A DNA stretch of 64,000 nt. Origin: an uncultured bacterium. GTDB lineage: Bacteria > Planctomycetota > UBA1135 > GCA-002686595. The notes beneath the pieces are model-generated. The model did no database searches and was not told the origin of the DNA. It saw nothing but the letters and a program-made list of their open reading frames with translations. A program made the translations under genes and the position numbers. This document shows, piece by piece, positions 1 to 10,917 of this stretch. Numbering within the stretch: position 1 is the stretch's first letter; each line of letters begins with the position of its first letter. The stretch lies in contig CALSNU010000005.1 of assembly GCA_943787795.1 (NCBI GenBank), forward strand, positions 1 through 64,000. Reading direction: 5' to 3'.

Positions 1-2207
1 CGTCAAGGACATCGCGAACAACTCCGTCACCAGCGCGAGCGGTGGCGGTGTGCTTGTCGCCATCCCCGAGGTTCAAACCTTCGGCCAGATCGTCCTCCCC
101 GACGCGGATGGCGAGGGATTCACCAACACCGACCTCGAGAACCCCGACCAGACGGGCGCCGAATGGGGCAGTGGCCGCCTCTCGGTCGGCCTCACGGGTG
201 GCTCGGGCCGTCTCGGGTCCATCAGGGTCGCCGCGGGCGAATCCCTTGTCCTGGACACGAACAGCCAGACGTTCCCGGCGACGGGGATCGCGCAGATCGA
301 CGTGCTGGGCAACAACTCCGGTACCCCCGGAGCGCCGGTCTACCCCAACTCGGTGACGGTCACGGATGGCGTCTTCGAGCTCTCTTCTTTGGTGATCGAG
401 CCGACCGGCACGCTGATCCTTCGGGGCTCCAACCCCGCGCGACTCCTGGTGCGAGGGCGCATCGACTTTCAACCGGGCTCGGTGGTTGATCTCTCAGGCG
501 AGTCCGCGCCCGAGCACGATTCGTCCACCCCGGGTGATCAGGTGACGTCGGCGACGGCGCCGGCGGGGGGTCCCAACGGAGCGCTGGGCGGTCTTGGAGC
601 TGACCGGGCGGACCTTACCGGGACAAACCTGAACGGGGCTGGTGCGCTCTTCAACCCCGGAGCCAACCGCGACGGCGCCAGTGGCGGCGGAGTCGGCGGC
701 ACGGCCATCGCGGCGGGCCCCGGCGGGGATCGCTTCCCCGTTACCTTGCCGCTGAGTTCCTCAGCGAACGCGGGCAACACTCAGGGCGTCGGGTACAACG
801 TCGTCCCTGACCCCAGGTTGGCGACCTTCATCACCTGTGTCTCGCAGCAGCTTGGCGGCAGCGGGGGCGGTGGTGGTTACGCGCTGCTCGGCGGCGACGG
901 AACCTCGCAGCCGGTTGGCCCTTTGCTCGACACCGAGAACCCCGCTGGCCTTGGCCTCAGCCCCGGAAACACCGCGGGCGGAAACAACGGCGCGCTGGGT
1001 CTCGTCACTCCAAATCAGAACAGTGCAGGATACGACACCCGTCTGCTTCGCTGGCAAGAGGGTGACCTCCGTGGCGGAAGCGCTGGCGGTGGCGGTGGCA
1101 ACCACACTTACGGCACGACGAACAACGCTGGCGGCGCGGGGAACAACCCGCCGGCGGCGACTTGCCTCGGCTTCTTCAACATCCTCGAAGCCGGCGACTG
1201 GATCGACCACAGCGGCGCGAGCGGCGGCGCTGGCGGCGGAGCACTTGAACTCCTCGCCGGACGTGAAGCGCTCCTGGCCGGCTTCGTCGACGCCTCTGGC
1301 GGCTTCGGTGGCGGTTCCCTGTCGACGACCGGAACGGCCGGTTCCTTCGCCATGCCGGGCGGCGGAGCCTCCGGCGGTGCGCTCCGGGTACGCTCCCCGA
1401 TTGTGAACATTGCGGCGACCTCGCAGCTCAACATCAACGGCGGCCTCGGGGGGTTCGCACCCTGGTCGCTGACGACCGTTGGTGCGCCTGTCCAGGCCCG
1501 TGGCGGCATGGGGAGCCCGGGCCTCGTCCGGGTCGAGGATTCGAGCGCCAGCGGCGCTCCCATCAACTACGAGGACGTGAGGCAGCGAGTTCAGCCCTTT
1601 GATCCGTTGCCCGGCAACGAGCTCACGGCGCTCGACTTCCTGAGCGTGCAGGCGGGCTACCTTGACGCCTCGACTGTGGGGACCATGCGCCCGGACACGC
1701 TCAACGGCGGAACCTCCTGCTGGATCCGGCCCGAGGGCAACTTCCTCCAGCTGGTCTTTGAAGCGGACTCTGGCGCCTCGGTCGCAGAGCAGGGGTGGAC
1801 CATGGACGTCGTAACCTCCGGCGGGCCTGCGTCCCTTCCGCGGCACGAGCACCGCCTTCCCGAACGAGTGGGAGGCTGTCTTCGGCAACGATCTGGGCAC
1901 CTCGCCGATCGTCGTGCGTTTCCAAGGTGGCCGCTCTCAGTCCTCGACGCTTACGGACCCCTGCAGCGTCGACGTGAACGATCCGTTCGGCGAGGTCCTC
2001 CCGGGCTCTCTGACCCCCTGGGTGGGTCACCCTGCAGAGCTCGGCGTCGTGACGACGCCTGGCGGCGCGAACTACACGCCGAACATGATTCGCTTCTGCG
2101 TCCTCTTCGACAAGACGAACGTCGTGGGTGACAACCCGGGTCAGACGCTGATCAACGAGTTGGTCTTGGGCGTCACGAACCTGAAGATCATCGCCAACCC
2201 CGACTGA
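1..2207 (+). CDS. Large Gly-rich secreted/surface protein, 5'-truncated, with a +1 frameshift near 1825
   Basis: ORF 50..2131 is protein-like with Gly-rich GGGG/GGAGG motifs up to ..WTMDVVTSGG. The +1 frame then continues RPFRGTSTAFPNEWEAVFGNDLGTSPIVVRFQGGR.. to TGA 2205-2207. The frame is open to the window edge. Confidence 0.7.
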
Positions 2208-2228
2208 CCCTTGGATCTTTGGACGGTC

Positions 2229-2267
2229 GGAAGGGCCCGCTCGCGCCTGGCGCGGGCGGGCCCTTCC
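2229..2267 (+). terminator. GC-rich hairpin, probable intrinsic terminator
   Basis: GGAAGGGCCCGCTCGCGCC-T-GGCGCGGGCGGGCCCTTCC (one G-U pair) lies 21 nt after the stop and is followed by TTGGTT. Confidence 0.6.
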
Positions 2268-2299
2268 TTGGTTCCCATTGCCGCTCCACCGCGAATAGC

Positions 2300-3526
2300 T
2301 TGAGCTCCACCGATCAGGTCGAGGATCCGTACTCCGGAGTCCTTCAGGCGGGTGCGGTCGTCGTCTGCGCCTCGGACGTCCGGTTTGACGCGGCGGTTCG
2401 GTTTGCCGACGGACGGATCGAGGCCATCGAGCCGGCGGACGCGCTCACGTCAAGCGAGCAGCAGAGCGTCCTTGCACCGGGGCTGGTTAATGCTCACGCT
2501 CACCTGGATCTTGGTGCTGGCCCGCCCAGCGCGCCTCCTGCCGGTGGCTTCCTCGGCTGGGTCGCAGCGGTGATGAGCGCTCGCGAGGAGATCACCGCGG
2601 CGGAGGTAGGCGCGGGGGCCCGGCTCGCGGCCAGCCGGCTCCTCGCGACGGGGACCACGACAGTGCTCGACATCGACGCCAACGACGCGGCTCGAGAGGC
2701 CCTCGAGGCATCACCTCTGCGCCTCGTGTCGATGCGAGAGGTGATCGATGGCTCCCCCTCGACGCCCAATGACCGCACCGATGCGGCCTTGGGACTTGCA
2801 CGCGAGGCCGTCCTCCGGCCGACGTCCGAGCGTCGCGCGCCGGGGCTCTCGCCCCACGGGGTCCATACCGTGAGCGACATGCTCCTCGCAGAGCTCTCGA
2901 GGCTCGCGACGGGGTTACCGGTCGTGACCCACTGGGCAGAGACCCCAGAGGAGACTCGCTGGATGCTCGAGGGCTCGGGCCCCTTCAGCGCGTGGCTTGG
3001 CCCGTCACCGCTCATCTCAGGTACGGAGCGCCTGCGGCGGGCGGAGCTGCTGCGCGGGGCTCTGCTGGTCCACGGCAACTGCCCTGCGCCCGGGGAGCTC
3101 GAGGCCCTGGCCGGGTACGGAGTCACCGTGGTGCACTGTCCAGGCAGCCACCGGTACTTCTCCCGTCCTGCGTTCAGGGTGCAGGACTTCTGCTCGGCAG
3201 GGATCCCGGTCGCACTCGGAACGGACTCCGCGGCGAGCAACGAGGGCCTCGACATGCACCGTGAGATGCGGCTCGCCCGGGAGACCCTCGGCGTGAGCGG
3301 GGCCGAGGCGTGGCGGATGGCGACCGAGGTGGGGGCCCGGCACGCCCCCTGGGCCCATGTCACCGGACAACTCGGGGTCGGGGACGCCGCCGACCTTCAG
3401 CGTCTGCGCCCTGCGGCTTGGCCCGCGGAGGCTCGGCGAGACGGGGAGGCGCTGCTCGATATTCTCACGGCTACCGAGCCGGCGGTAGAGGGCGTCTGGG
3501 TTGCGGGTGCGCGGATCGAGCGCTGA
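2300..3526 (+). CDS. Metal-dependent amidohydrolase (deaminase-like)
   Basis: Motifs PGLVNAHAHLD (HxH), SPHGVH, THWAET, LVHGN and ALGTDS. Start uncertain (TTG 2300). Confidence 0.85.
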   Translation: MSSTDQVEDPYSGVLQAGAVVVCASDVRFDAAVRFADGRIEAIEPADALTSSEQQSVLAPGLVNAHAHLDLGAGPPSAPPAGGFLGWVAAVMSAREEITAAEVGAGARLAASRLLATGTTTVLDIDANDAAREALEASPLRLVSMREVIDGSPSTPNDRTDAALGLAREAVLRPTSERRAPGLSPHGVHTVSDMLLAELSRLATGLPVVTHWAETPEETRWMLEGSGPFSAWLGPSPLISGTERLRRAELLRGALLVHGNCPAPGELEALAGYGVTVVHCPGSHRYFSRPAFRVQDFCSAGIPVALGTDSAASNEGLDMHREMRLARETLGVSGAEAWRMATEVGARHAPWAHVTGQLGVGDAADLQRLRPAAWPAEARRDGEALLDILTATEPAVEGVWVAGARIER

Positions 3527-3600
3527 ATTGGGGCAAGGTGCTGAGAAATCCACGACGAGGCGCTACACGTAAGGAGTTCACGCCGAATGCACTGTTCCAC

Positions 3601-4673
3601 ATGAGCACCCCTCGAACCGAATACCAACCGCCTCAGGCGACGGCCGCCCAGCTTGAGGCTGTTGAACTCCTCCGCTCATCGGAGCGGATCCTCCTCACGG
3701 GGCACGAGCGCCCTGACGGGGACTGTCTTGGCTCCCAGGCCGCCCTCGCCCGCGTCCTCAACGCTCGCGGGCAGAGCGCCTTCGTCCTCAACCCTGACGC
3801 GCCCGAGGCGCGCTACGGCGAGGTGACCGAGCTGGCCGAGTTCCTCGTGGATGACGGGGGGGGCGATCCCCGATCACGACCTCGTGGTCATGCTGGACGG
3901 AGGGGACCTCACGCGGACGGGTCATCTTTCGGAGCGCCTGGAGGCCGCGCCCTCGCAGAAGCTGGTCGTTGACCACCACCTCCATGAGGGCGACGAGTGG
4001 TGGGACCCGCGCGTTCATCGACACCACGGCCTCGGCGACAGGCGTCCTCGTGCGCCGCATCGCGGGGCACCTCGGCGCAGAGATCGACGCCGGGATCGCG
4101 CGCGCGATCTTCACGACGCTCGTGACGGACACGGGGTGGTTCAAGTACTCGAATACGGATGAGGAGACGATGCTCATCGGCGCCGAGATGTTGGGCGCGG
4201 GTGTTCGGCCGGCTCAGGTCTACAGCGACCTCTTCCAGCGGCAGGAGCCAGAGCACCCCCGAAGCCTCGCCGCGGCCCTGACGCGGACCGCCTACTTCGC
4301 GGACGGAGCCATCGCCGTGATCGACCTCCCCCTCGGGCCCGATGGTCGATCGTCCGCCGCCGACGGCGACGTGGCCCTCGACATCATCCGCTCCGTGGAG
4401 CAGGTCGAGGTCGCCCTGATCGTCCGGGAGATCGGAGCCTCGAGGACGAAGCTCTCGGCGCGGAGCAAGGGCGCCTTCAACGTCCAGAAGCTCGCCCATC
4501 GCTTCGGCGGCGGCGGGCACGCCAAGGCCGCGGGGGCCACCATCGAGCAGCCCTTGACCCACGCGCGCCTCGACCTCGTGGAGGCGGCCGTGGAGCAGCT
4601 GGCCGGGACGGAAGATCGACGCGCCAAGCCGCGCTCTGCGGCAGAGGCGGAAAGGCGAAACCGAGGAGCGTAG
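3601..4673 (+). CDS. nrnA: DHH family phosphoesterase (NrnA-like), interrupted by two +1 frameshifts
   Basis: Motifs GHERPDGDCLGS (frame 1), VVDHH (frame 2), and TDTGWF plus GGGGHAKAAG (frame 3). Shifts at the G8 run 3856-3863 and near 4005. Confidence 0.8.
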
Positions 4674-4685
4674 ACTCTAGGCACC

Positions 4686-5447
4686 TTGAAGCTGGCGATC
4701 GTCTCTGACCTGCACTCCAACATGGAGGCCACCGACGCGGTCTTCGCGCACATGCGTTCCCTCGGGGTCGAGGCGATGTGCTGCCTTGGGGACGTCGTCG
4801 GCTACGGGCCGGATCCAGCGCACTGCGCAGACCTGGTCCGCGGCCACGCGGACTTCACCGTCATGGGGAATCATGACGAGGCCCTGTTCCATGGGGCTGA
4901 GGACTTCAACCCCCACGCCCGCACCGCCATCGATTGGACCCGTGCGCAGCTCAGGCCGAGGTGGTGGAGCTCCTCGGAGACCAAGGGCCGCTGGCGCTGG
5001 CTGAGGGAGCTCCCTTTGGAGCACCGGATCGGCCGCTTCCACTTCGTCCACGGGTCGACCAGGGACCCGGTGCGCGAGTACGTCCTGTCGACCGACGGGT
5101 TCTTGAACCCGAGCAAGCTGCGGGGGATCTTCGAGTCGTTCGAGGGCGTCACTCTCTGTGGGCACACCCACCACCCCGGCGTGCACACCGAGGACCTCGG
5201 CTTCCTCGGCCTCGAGGGCGCGGGCGAGCTGACGATCGAGCTTCCCCAGGGAGAGAAGCGGATCGTCAACGTGGGGTCCGTCGGGCAGCCCCGAGACGGC
5301 GACAACCGCGCCTGCTACGCGGTACTGACCGAGGACTCGCTCACCTGGCACCGGGTCCCCTACGACTATCGAGCGACCATGGACAAGATCCTGGCCGAGG
5401 GTGCCCTCAGCGAGATCCTCGCGCGACGCCTCGCGCTCGGGAAGTGA
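4686..5447 (+). CDS. Calcineurin-like metallophosphoesterase
   Basis: Motifs SDLHSN, LGDVVGYG, GNHD, GHTH and NVGSVGQPRD. Confidence 0.9.
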   Translation: MKLAIVSDLHSNMEATDAVFAHMRSLGVEAMCCLGDVVGYGPDPAHCADLVRGHADFTVMGNHDEALFHGAEDFNPHARTAIDWTRAQLRPRWWSSSETKGRWRWLRELPLEHRIGRFHFVHGSTRDPVREYVLSTDGFLNPSKLRGIFESFEGVTLCGHTHHPGVHTEDLGFLGLEGAGELTIELPQGEKRIVNVGSVGQPRDGDNRACYAVLTEDSLTWHRVPYDYRATMDKILAEGALSEILARRLALGK

Positions 5448-5462
5448 GCCGACCGGCTCTCC

Positions 5463-6359
5463 TCAGGAGAGCCTGAGCGTCGCCTTGATGAGGTGCCGCA
5501 GGATCTCGGGGTTCTTGCGCAGGCGCCGCTGGCTGTAGGCCCGCCACTCGGGACCGTAAGGGACATAGGCGCGGACGCACTTGCCGCGCTCCTTCCAGTC
5601 CAACCAGAGCCGCTCCTGGACCCCGAGCAGGACCTCGAAGTAGGTGCGATCCTCGGCGATCCCCGCCGCCGCTTGCCGCTCGAGGACCGCGTCTGCCATC
5701 ACGCCGTCGTGGGTGGCCACCGCCACGGTGTGGCCGTTCTTGAGCAGGGTCTCGGTGAGGTCAATGAAGGCCTGCCTGATGGGGTCCGGCTGGGTGTGGG
5801 CGATCTCGGCGGGCTCCAGATAGATCCCCTTGACCATCCGCACGTCGCAGTCGTCCGGCAACGCGTCGACGTCGGCTGGCGTCCGGAAGAGGCGTGACTG
5901 GAGCACGATGCCGACGTTGTCGAAGCGTGCCCGGAGCGCGCGGAAGACCTCGAGGGTGTCGTCCGTGGTGGAGTGGTCCTCCATCTCGACGCGCGCAAAG
6001 ACGTCGATCTCGGAGCAGTGCTGGAGCAGCTCGGCGTAGAGCTCCTCGCAGAGGTCCCTGGAGATGCGCAGGCCGAGGTGGGTCGGCTTGACCGAGACGT
6101 AGCTATCGAGCCCGGCCTCGGAGGCCGCCGTGGCCGCCGCCTGGTAGGTCCGCAGGACGTCCCGCGCCTCGGCCTCGTCCGCCACGTCCTCGCCCAGGAT
6201 GTCTAGGACACCCAGGTAGCCGCGGGCCTGCAGCCCCCGGAGCTTGTCGAGGGCCTCCTCAATCGTCTCACCCGCGATATAGCGAGCCGAGAGCTGCCGC
6301 ATGAGCGGCCTCGGGATGGCGGGCAGAGCAGAGAGGACGGCGCGTTCGAGGAGGTTCAC
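5463..6359 (-). CDS. Monofunctional proline dehydrogenase
   Basis: Motifs RYIAGE, SVKPTHLG, VKGIYLEP, ATHD, YVPYG and RRLRKNP. Confidence 0.9.
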   Translation of the reverse strand: MNLLERAVLSALPAIPRPLMRQLSARYIAGETIEEALDKLRGLQARGYLGVLDILGEDVADEAEARDVLRTYQAAATAASEAGLDSYVSVKPTHLGLRISRDLCEELYAELLQHCSEIDVFARVEMEDHSTTDDTLEVFRALRARFDNVGIVLQSRLFRTPADVDALPDDCDVRMVKGIYLEPAEIAHTQPDPIRQAFIDLTETLLKNGHTVAVATHDGVMADAVLERQAAAGIAEDRTYFEVLLGVQERLWLDWKERGKCVRAYVPYGPEWRAYSQRRLRKNPEILRHLIKATLRLS

Positions 6360-6466
6360 TTCAGGTGCGGTCTTGGGATAGATCGGGCGTCCGAGTGGAA
6401 GCCAGCCCGGCCATTCGCTGACCGGGCTGCCCCCGGATCATAGGATCTCCGTGGAGGACGCTCACG

Positions 6467-6811
6467 ATGGTGAACAAGGAACGAGAAATCGTGCTGGCCC
6501 TGGCCACCTTCCCCGGAGAGGAGGAGGCGGCGGCGCTGGCGAGGCAGCTGCTGGCGGAGGGCCTCGTGGCCTGCGTCAACATCGTCCCGGGCGTTCGGAG
6601 CCTCTACCGGTGGGAGGGGGCGGTCCAGGATGAGTCGGAGGTGCTGGCGCTCATGAAGACCCACCGCTCTCTCGCGGACGAGCTGGTGAGGCGGGTGGTG
6701 GAGCTGCACCCCTATGACACACCCGCGGTCTCGGTGCTCTCTCCCCATGCGGTCGCGCGTGACTACGGCGCGTGGGTCACGGGCTTGCTGCGCCGGGAGG
6801 GTGAGCGGTGA
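6467..6811 (+). CDS. cutA: Divalent-cation tolerance protein CutA
   Basis: Motifs LVACVNI, SLYRWEG and HPYDTP. Confidence 0.92.
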   Translation: MVNKEREIVLALATFPGEEEAAALARQLLAEGLVACVNIVPGVRSLYRWEGAVQDESEVLALMKTHRSLADELVRRVVELHPYDTPAVSVLSPHAVARDYGAWVTGLLRREGER

Positions 6812-8427
6812 GCGTGGCCGGAGAAGAGCGGAGCGGCAAGATAGCCAGGAGAGCTGGGCTGGGGCTGGGAGCCTGTCTCTTCCTGGGGCTTCTCTTCATC
6901 CCCGGGCTGCCACTCGACCCCATGCAGCGGCGCGTCGCGGCGGTGACCGCCCTCACCGCGTCGCTGTGGCTGAGCGTGGCGATTCCCGTGGGCGCCACCT
7001 CCTTGATCCCAGCGGCGCTCTTCCCGCTCCTCGGGGTCCTCGACGCCCGTGAGGTGGCGCCGATCTACCTGCGCGATCTCGTGCTGCTGTTCCTGGGCGC
7101 CTTCATCATCGCCCTGGGCCTCGAGCGATGGAACGTCCATCGGCGCCTCGCTCTCGCGGTGATCCAGGCGGTGGGCTCGTCGCGCCGCCGCCTCGTCCTG
7201 GGGTTCATGGCGGCCGCTGCCTTCCTTTCGATGTGGATCAACAACACGGCGACCACGCTCATGATGCTGCCGATCGTGACCGCGGTCCTCGGGCGCGTCG
7301 AGGAGGATGATGTCGCCGCCGGACGCCCCTCCGATGGCGGCCGGTTTGGCTGGTGCCTCCTGCTCGGTGTGGCCTACTCGGCCTCGGTGGGAGGGATGGC
7401 AACGCCCGTGGGGACCGCGCCGAACCAGGAGTTCCTCGGGCAGTTCGGGACGCTCTTTCCAGACGGCCCGAAGCTGACCTTTGGTGAGTGGTTCATCGCC
7501 TTCGCGCCCCTCACCATCATCTTCGTACCCCTGGCCTGGCTCCTCCTCACTCGCGTGGTCTACCCGGTCTCGGACGTGGCCGGCTCCGGACGTGAAGCGG
7601 TGGCGGAGGAGCGGCGCCGGATGGGGCCGATGACGGTCCCGCAGAAGCGGATGGCCCTGCTCTTCGCTGCGACCGCCGCGCTCTGGGTCTTCCGCGCGGA
7701 CCTGCGCATCGGCGCCCTGGAGATCCCGGGCTGGTCGCGGCTCTTCATGGGGGCGGAGGCGTCGGACCCCATGTGGTACGCGCAGCACAAGAACGACATC
7801 AGCGACGCCACGGTCGCCACGCTCCTGGGGATCCTGGCGTTCGTGATCCCATCAGGATGGCGTGGCGGTGAAGTCGGCGGCGGGCCCGAGGCCTCGGCGG
7901 AGGACGGTGACAGGCGGTTCCTGATGGACTGGCGTACGGCGTCGCGCCTCCCCTGGGATGTGCTGCTGCTCCTGGGCGGAGGCTTCTGCCTCGCGCACGC
8001 CTTCAAGGTCAGCGGCCTGGACGCCGTCCTCGGTGGGGCGCTCGCGCCGATCCTCGAGGGGCAGTCGAGCTGGCTCGTGGTCGCGGCGGTCTGCGTGCTG
8101 GTGGCAGGGCTGACGGAGATCACCTCGAACACCGCCACGACCGCCGTGCTCCTGCCGGTGATGGCCTCCGCGGCCAGCACCGCGGGCCTCGACCCGATGG
8201 TCGTGATGCTCCCTGCAACCCTCGCGGCCTCCGCGGCGTTCATGATGCCGGTGGCGACGCCACCGAACGCCGTCGTGTTCGCCACGCATCGGGTCCCCAT
8301 GACCCGCATGGCCCGCGCGGGGATCTGGATGAACCTCCTCATGGCGGCGATCATCACCCTCGTATTTCAGCTATGGTCCAAGGGGCTTCTTGGCGTCTCG
8401 GACTCGGTGCCTGACTGGGCCCGGTGA
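6808..8427 (+). CDS. SLC13/DASS family anion:Na+ symporter
   Basis: Two SNT-type motifs (MWINNTAT, ITSNTAT), plus TPVGTAPN and PVATPPNA, with many TM helices. GTGA overlap with cutA. Confidence 0.92.
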   Translation: MSVAGEERSGKIARRAGLGLGACLFLGLLFIPGLPLDPMQRRVAAVTALTASLWLSVAIPVGATSLIPAALFPLLGVLDAREVAPIYLRDLVLLFLGAFIIALGLERWNVHRRLALAVIQAVGSSRRRLVLGFMAAAAFLSMWINNTATTLMMLPIVTAVLGRVEEDDVAAGRPSDGGRFGWCLLLGVAYSASVGGMATPVGTAPNQEFLGQFGTLFPDGPKLTFGEWFIAFAPLTIIFVPLAWLLLTRVVYPVSDVAGSGREAVAEERRRMGPMTVPQKRMALLFAATAALWVFRADLRIGALEIPGWSRLFMGAEASDPMWYAQHKNDISDATVATLLGILAFVIPSGWRGGEVGGGPEASAEDGDRRFLMDWRTASRLPWDVLLLLGGGFCLAHAFKVSGLDAVLGGALAPILEGQSSWLVVAAVCVLVAGLTEITSNTATTAVLLPVMASAASTAGLDPMVVMLPATLAASAAFMMPVATPPNAVVFATHRVPMTRMARAGIWMNLLMAAIITLVFQLWSKGLLGVSDSVPDWAR

Positions 8428-8481
8428 GCGGATGTTGAACAGCAAGCCCAATGAGTCGATGTTGAAGAGCGAGGCAGGCGG

Positions 8482-10521
8482 ATGAGTGAGGCGCAAGGGC
8501 CGTCCGGCGCGCGTTCAGCGGCGCCCGTGACGATCCCGGCGGCCATCGCTGGCGTCGCGCTCGGGGTATTGATCCTCACGGGGGTGGAGGGCACGGCGCG
8601 CTCGGTCCTCGCGGTGCTCCTCGTGCTGGGTGGCGGAGTGGGCCTCGGTCCGCTGCTCCTCCTGACTCCGGTGGAGCCGTCCGCGCTCAAGCTCTGGCTG
8701 TTCTCATCGCTCCTCGGCCTGCCCTTGGTCGGGGGCGCCTTCGCCGTGGCGAGCGGCATCCTCGGCGTCGAGGCCGAGGTCGCCTGGGCGCTCCCGTTCG
8801 TGCTCTCTGGGTTGGCCTCGGCTGCAGCCTCTCGGCGGCGACTCGACGTCTCCCCACCAGGGCGCGCCGCGCTCGGCGCGCTACTCATCGGCGGCGTCGC
8901 TGCGGTGGGGGGCTGGGCCCTCCTGGCCTCCGCAGGAGGCGTCGCGACCTGGCTGTCCGAGCCCGCGGCAGTGGCTCACATCACCCTGGCTGACGCCGCG
9001 ATGGACGGCGCCCCTACGCCGAACCCCTGGTTCTATGGCGGCGCGCTGGACCTGCGGCATGCCGTGGGCATCGGACTTGCCGGGCTGGCCGCACCTGGGG
9101 CCATTTCAGTCGTTCAGGTGCTGCCGCTCCTGGTCGGCTGGTCCCTGCTCGTCCTGACCCTCGTCGGATACCTGGCCTCGGCCGCGGCCTTCCGGGAGCA
9201 GCGCGCTGAGCGGGCGGCCGGCCGGGACCTGCTCGCCGCTGCGCTGTGCCTCTCGGCGGTTGGATTGGATCCGGTGTGGCGGGCAATCACCGGGGGCAGC
9301 GGGCCACCCCCCCGGGCCGCGCTCGAGCTCGATCCCGCGGCGCTACTGGCCCGCGTCTACTGGTCAGCGGCGCTCCTCGCCGGGCTGCACGCTGTCCGCC
9401 GTGGGGCGCGGCCCTGGCCCGGGCTCGCGGCCACGATGACCGGTGCCGCGGCGCTCGCTCAGCCCTGGGCAGGCGCCTCGCTCGTCATCGCCCTGGGGCT
9501 TCCCGCCGCGGTGGCTCGACGGTCGGTGCTGATCCCGCTGCTCATGGGGGCCTGCCTCCCGGCGTTCTGGGCGGGCCGAACGCAGGGAGGATTCGTCCTT
9601 GATCAGGTCACGAGCGGCGTCCGTCCGGAGGCGGCCATCGGCGCGGGCGTCCTGGTCTTGCTCGGTCCCGCAGCGCTCGTCGGTCGGCGTTGGGCCCGCG
9701 TCGAGAGGGCCTCGGGGTATGGCCTCCTCCTGCTCCTCACCGCGGCGCTGATTGCGCTCGCTGGCCCGCGGACGGTGGCGCCGGTGGGCTGGGATCAGCA
9801 CGCCCTCGAAGGCCTCGCGCTGACCCCGATCGCCCTGCTCGCCGCCCGGGGTCTCGCGGCCCTGGGCGCGGCGGGATTCGCCGTGGGGGCGGTGCTGGCG
9901 GCCGCTGGCGTCGTCGGACTCTGGAGCCCCGCGGGGGACCCGGGCGCCGCACGCGGATCGAGCGCCGGGCCGCCATTCACAGTGGCGGCGTCGGGGCTTG
10001 AGCTTGCGCGCGACCCCGACCTCGAGGAGGGGCTCGGCGAGGCCTTCCGCGAGGCTCGTCGGTTGGCGTCGGAGGTCGACGGGCCCGTCGCGCTCTTGCG
10101 CGGGGGGGAGGTGCGTTCCCGAGGAGGCAAGAGCCCCTCCCTCGCGCCGCTGCTGGCCGGAGCGAGCCTCTGGGCGGATGACGCGGCCCCGCCTGGAACC
10201 CGTCAGCCGCGCTTCGGAGCCGCGCGCCAGGTTTCATCAGGCGAGACCTCCCTCGGCGACCGCTGGGTGGACCGCCGAGCGCTCTTGGACGCCATGTTCC
10301 GCGATCGCAACGGCTGGAGCCCGCGCTTCGATCGGGTCCTGCGGGCGGAGGTGGAGAGGGGGACAACGCTCCTGATTCTGGTGACCGAGCTGGATCGCCG
10401 GCGCACGACGGACCGCGGAGTCGGCCCTCGCGGAACCGACTCGATCCTCCTGCGCCTCGGCGCAGAGCGGATCTTCGAACGACCGGAGGCCGCGCTCTAC
10501 CGGTTCGCCCGGCCGGAGTGA
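8482..10521 (+). CDS. Polytopic membrane protein of unknown function (possibly GT-C-like)
   Basis: More than 12 hydrophobic segments, a loop PTPNPWFYGG and a soluble C-terminal domain. Confidence 0.6.
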   Translation: MSEAQGPSGARSAAPVTIPAAIAGVALGVLILTGVEGTARSVLAVLLVLGGGVGLGPLLLLTPVEPSALKLWLFSSLLGLPLVGGAFAVASGILGVEAEVAWALPFVLSGLASAAASRRRLDVSPPGRAALGALLIGGVAAVGGWALLASAGGVATWLSEPAAVAHITLADAAMDGAPTPNPWFYGGALDLRHAVGIGLAGLAAPGAISVVQVLPLLVGWSLLVLTLVGYLASAAAFREQRAERAAGRDLLAAALCLSAVGLDPVWRAITGGSGPPPRAALELDPAALLARVYWSAALLAGLHAVRRGARPWPGLAATMTGAAALAQPWAGASLVIALGLPAAVARRSVLIPLLMGACLPAFWAGRTQGGFVLDQVTSGVRPEAAIGAGVLVLLGPAALVGRRWARVERASGYGLLLLLTAALIALAGPRTVAPVGWDQHALEGLALTPIALLAARGLAALGAAGFAVGAVLAAAGVVGLWSPAGDPGAARGSSAGPPFTVAASGLELARDPDLEEGLGEAFREARRLASEVDGPVALLRGGEVRSRGGKSPSLAPLLAGASLWADDAAPPGTRQPRFGAARQVSSGETSLGDRWVDRRALLDAMFRDRNGWSPRFDRVLRAEVERGTTLLILVTELDRRRTTDRGVGPRGTDSILLRLGAERIFERPEAALYRFARPE

Positions 10522-10550
10522 GGGGAGCCCGGACGCCGGGGCTTCTCGGC

Positions 10551-10670
10551 ACCGCCGCGCTCGAAGGGGAGCTTCCAGGTGTCCTCGCGCTCGAGTGAGA
10601 GCATCGCGGCGTCGTCGTGCTCGAAGGGGAGCCTCTGGGTGCCACCGTGCTCGCAGCGGAGCTTCGAGGG
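10551..10670. repeat. Degenerate 30-bp tandem repeat, 4 units
   Basis: Units start at 10551, 10581, 10611 and 10641 and share CG(C/T)GCTCG..GAGC in register. Confidence 0.7.
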
Positions 10671-10713
10671 GCGGAGCCTTCCGCGACGGGAGGAGACTCT
10701 GGCAGCTGGATCT

Positions 10714-10765
10714 CCAGCCGCAGGGTTCCCAGCCGCAGGGTTCCCAACCGCAGGGGCCCCTGTCG
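10714..10765. repeat. 15-bp tandem repeat CCAGCCGCAGGGTTC, about 3 units
   Basis: Seen directly in the sequence. Confidence 0.75.
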
Positions 10766-10881
10766 CACGGCCTCTGGAGCAAGTGGGCACTCCGCCGCGA
10801 TCGCCATCGGCGTGCCGTGGACTCCGGCGGGAGGCTCTGGGGGCACCGCAGGCTCCCTGGGCCGGCCTCCGGCGAGGCCTC

Positions 10882-10917
10882 GGGGGCCCTAGGGGGGCCC
10901 TAGGGGGCCCTAGGGGA
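10882..10917. repeat. GGGGGCCCTA tandem repeat x3
   Basis: gggggccctaggggggccctagggggccctaggggg. Confidence 0.75.

Noticed and set aside
3601..4673. nrnA as a true pseudogene
   Set aside because: All motifs are intact and the defects are homopolymer +1 shifts typical of sequencing error.
10551..10670. CRISPR array (also considered for 46271-46358 and 57749-57892)
   Set aside because: The units are contiguous with no unique spacers, and no cas genes are present.
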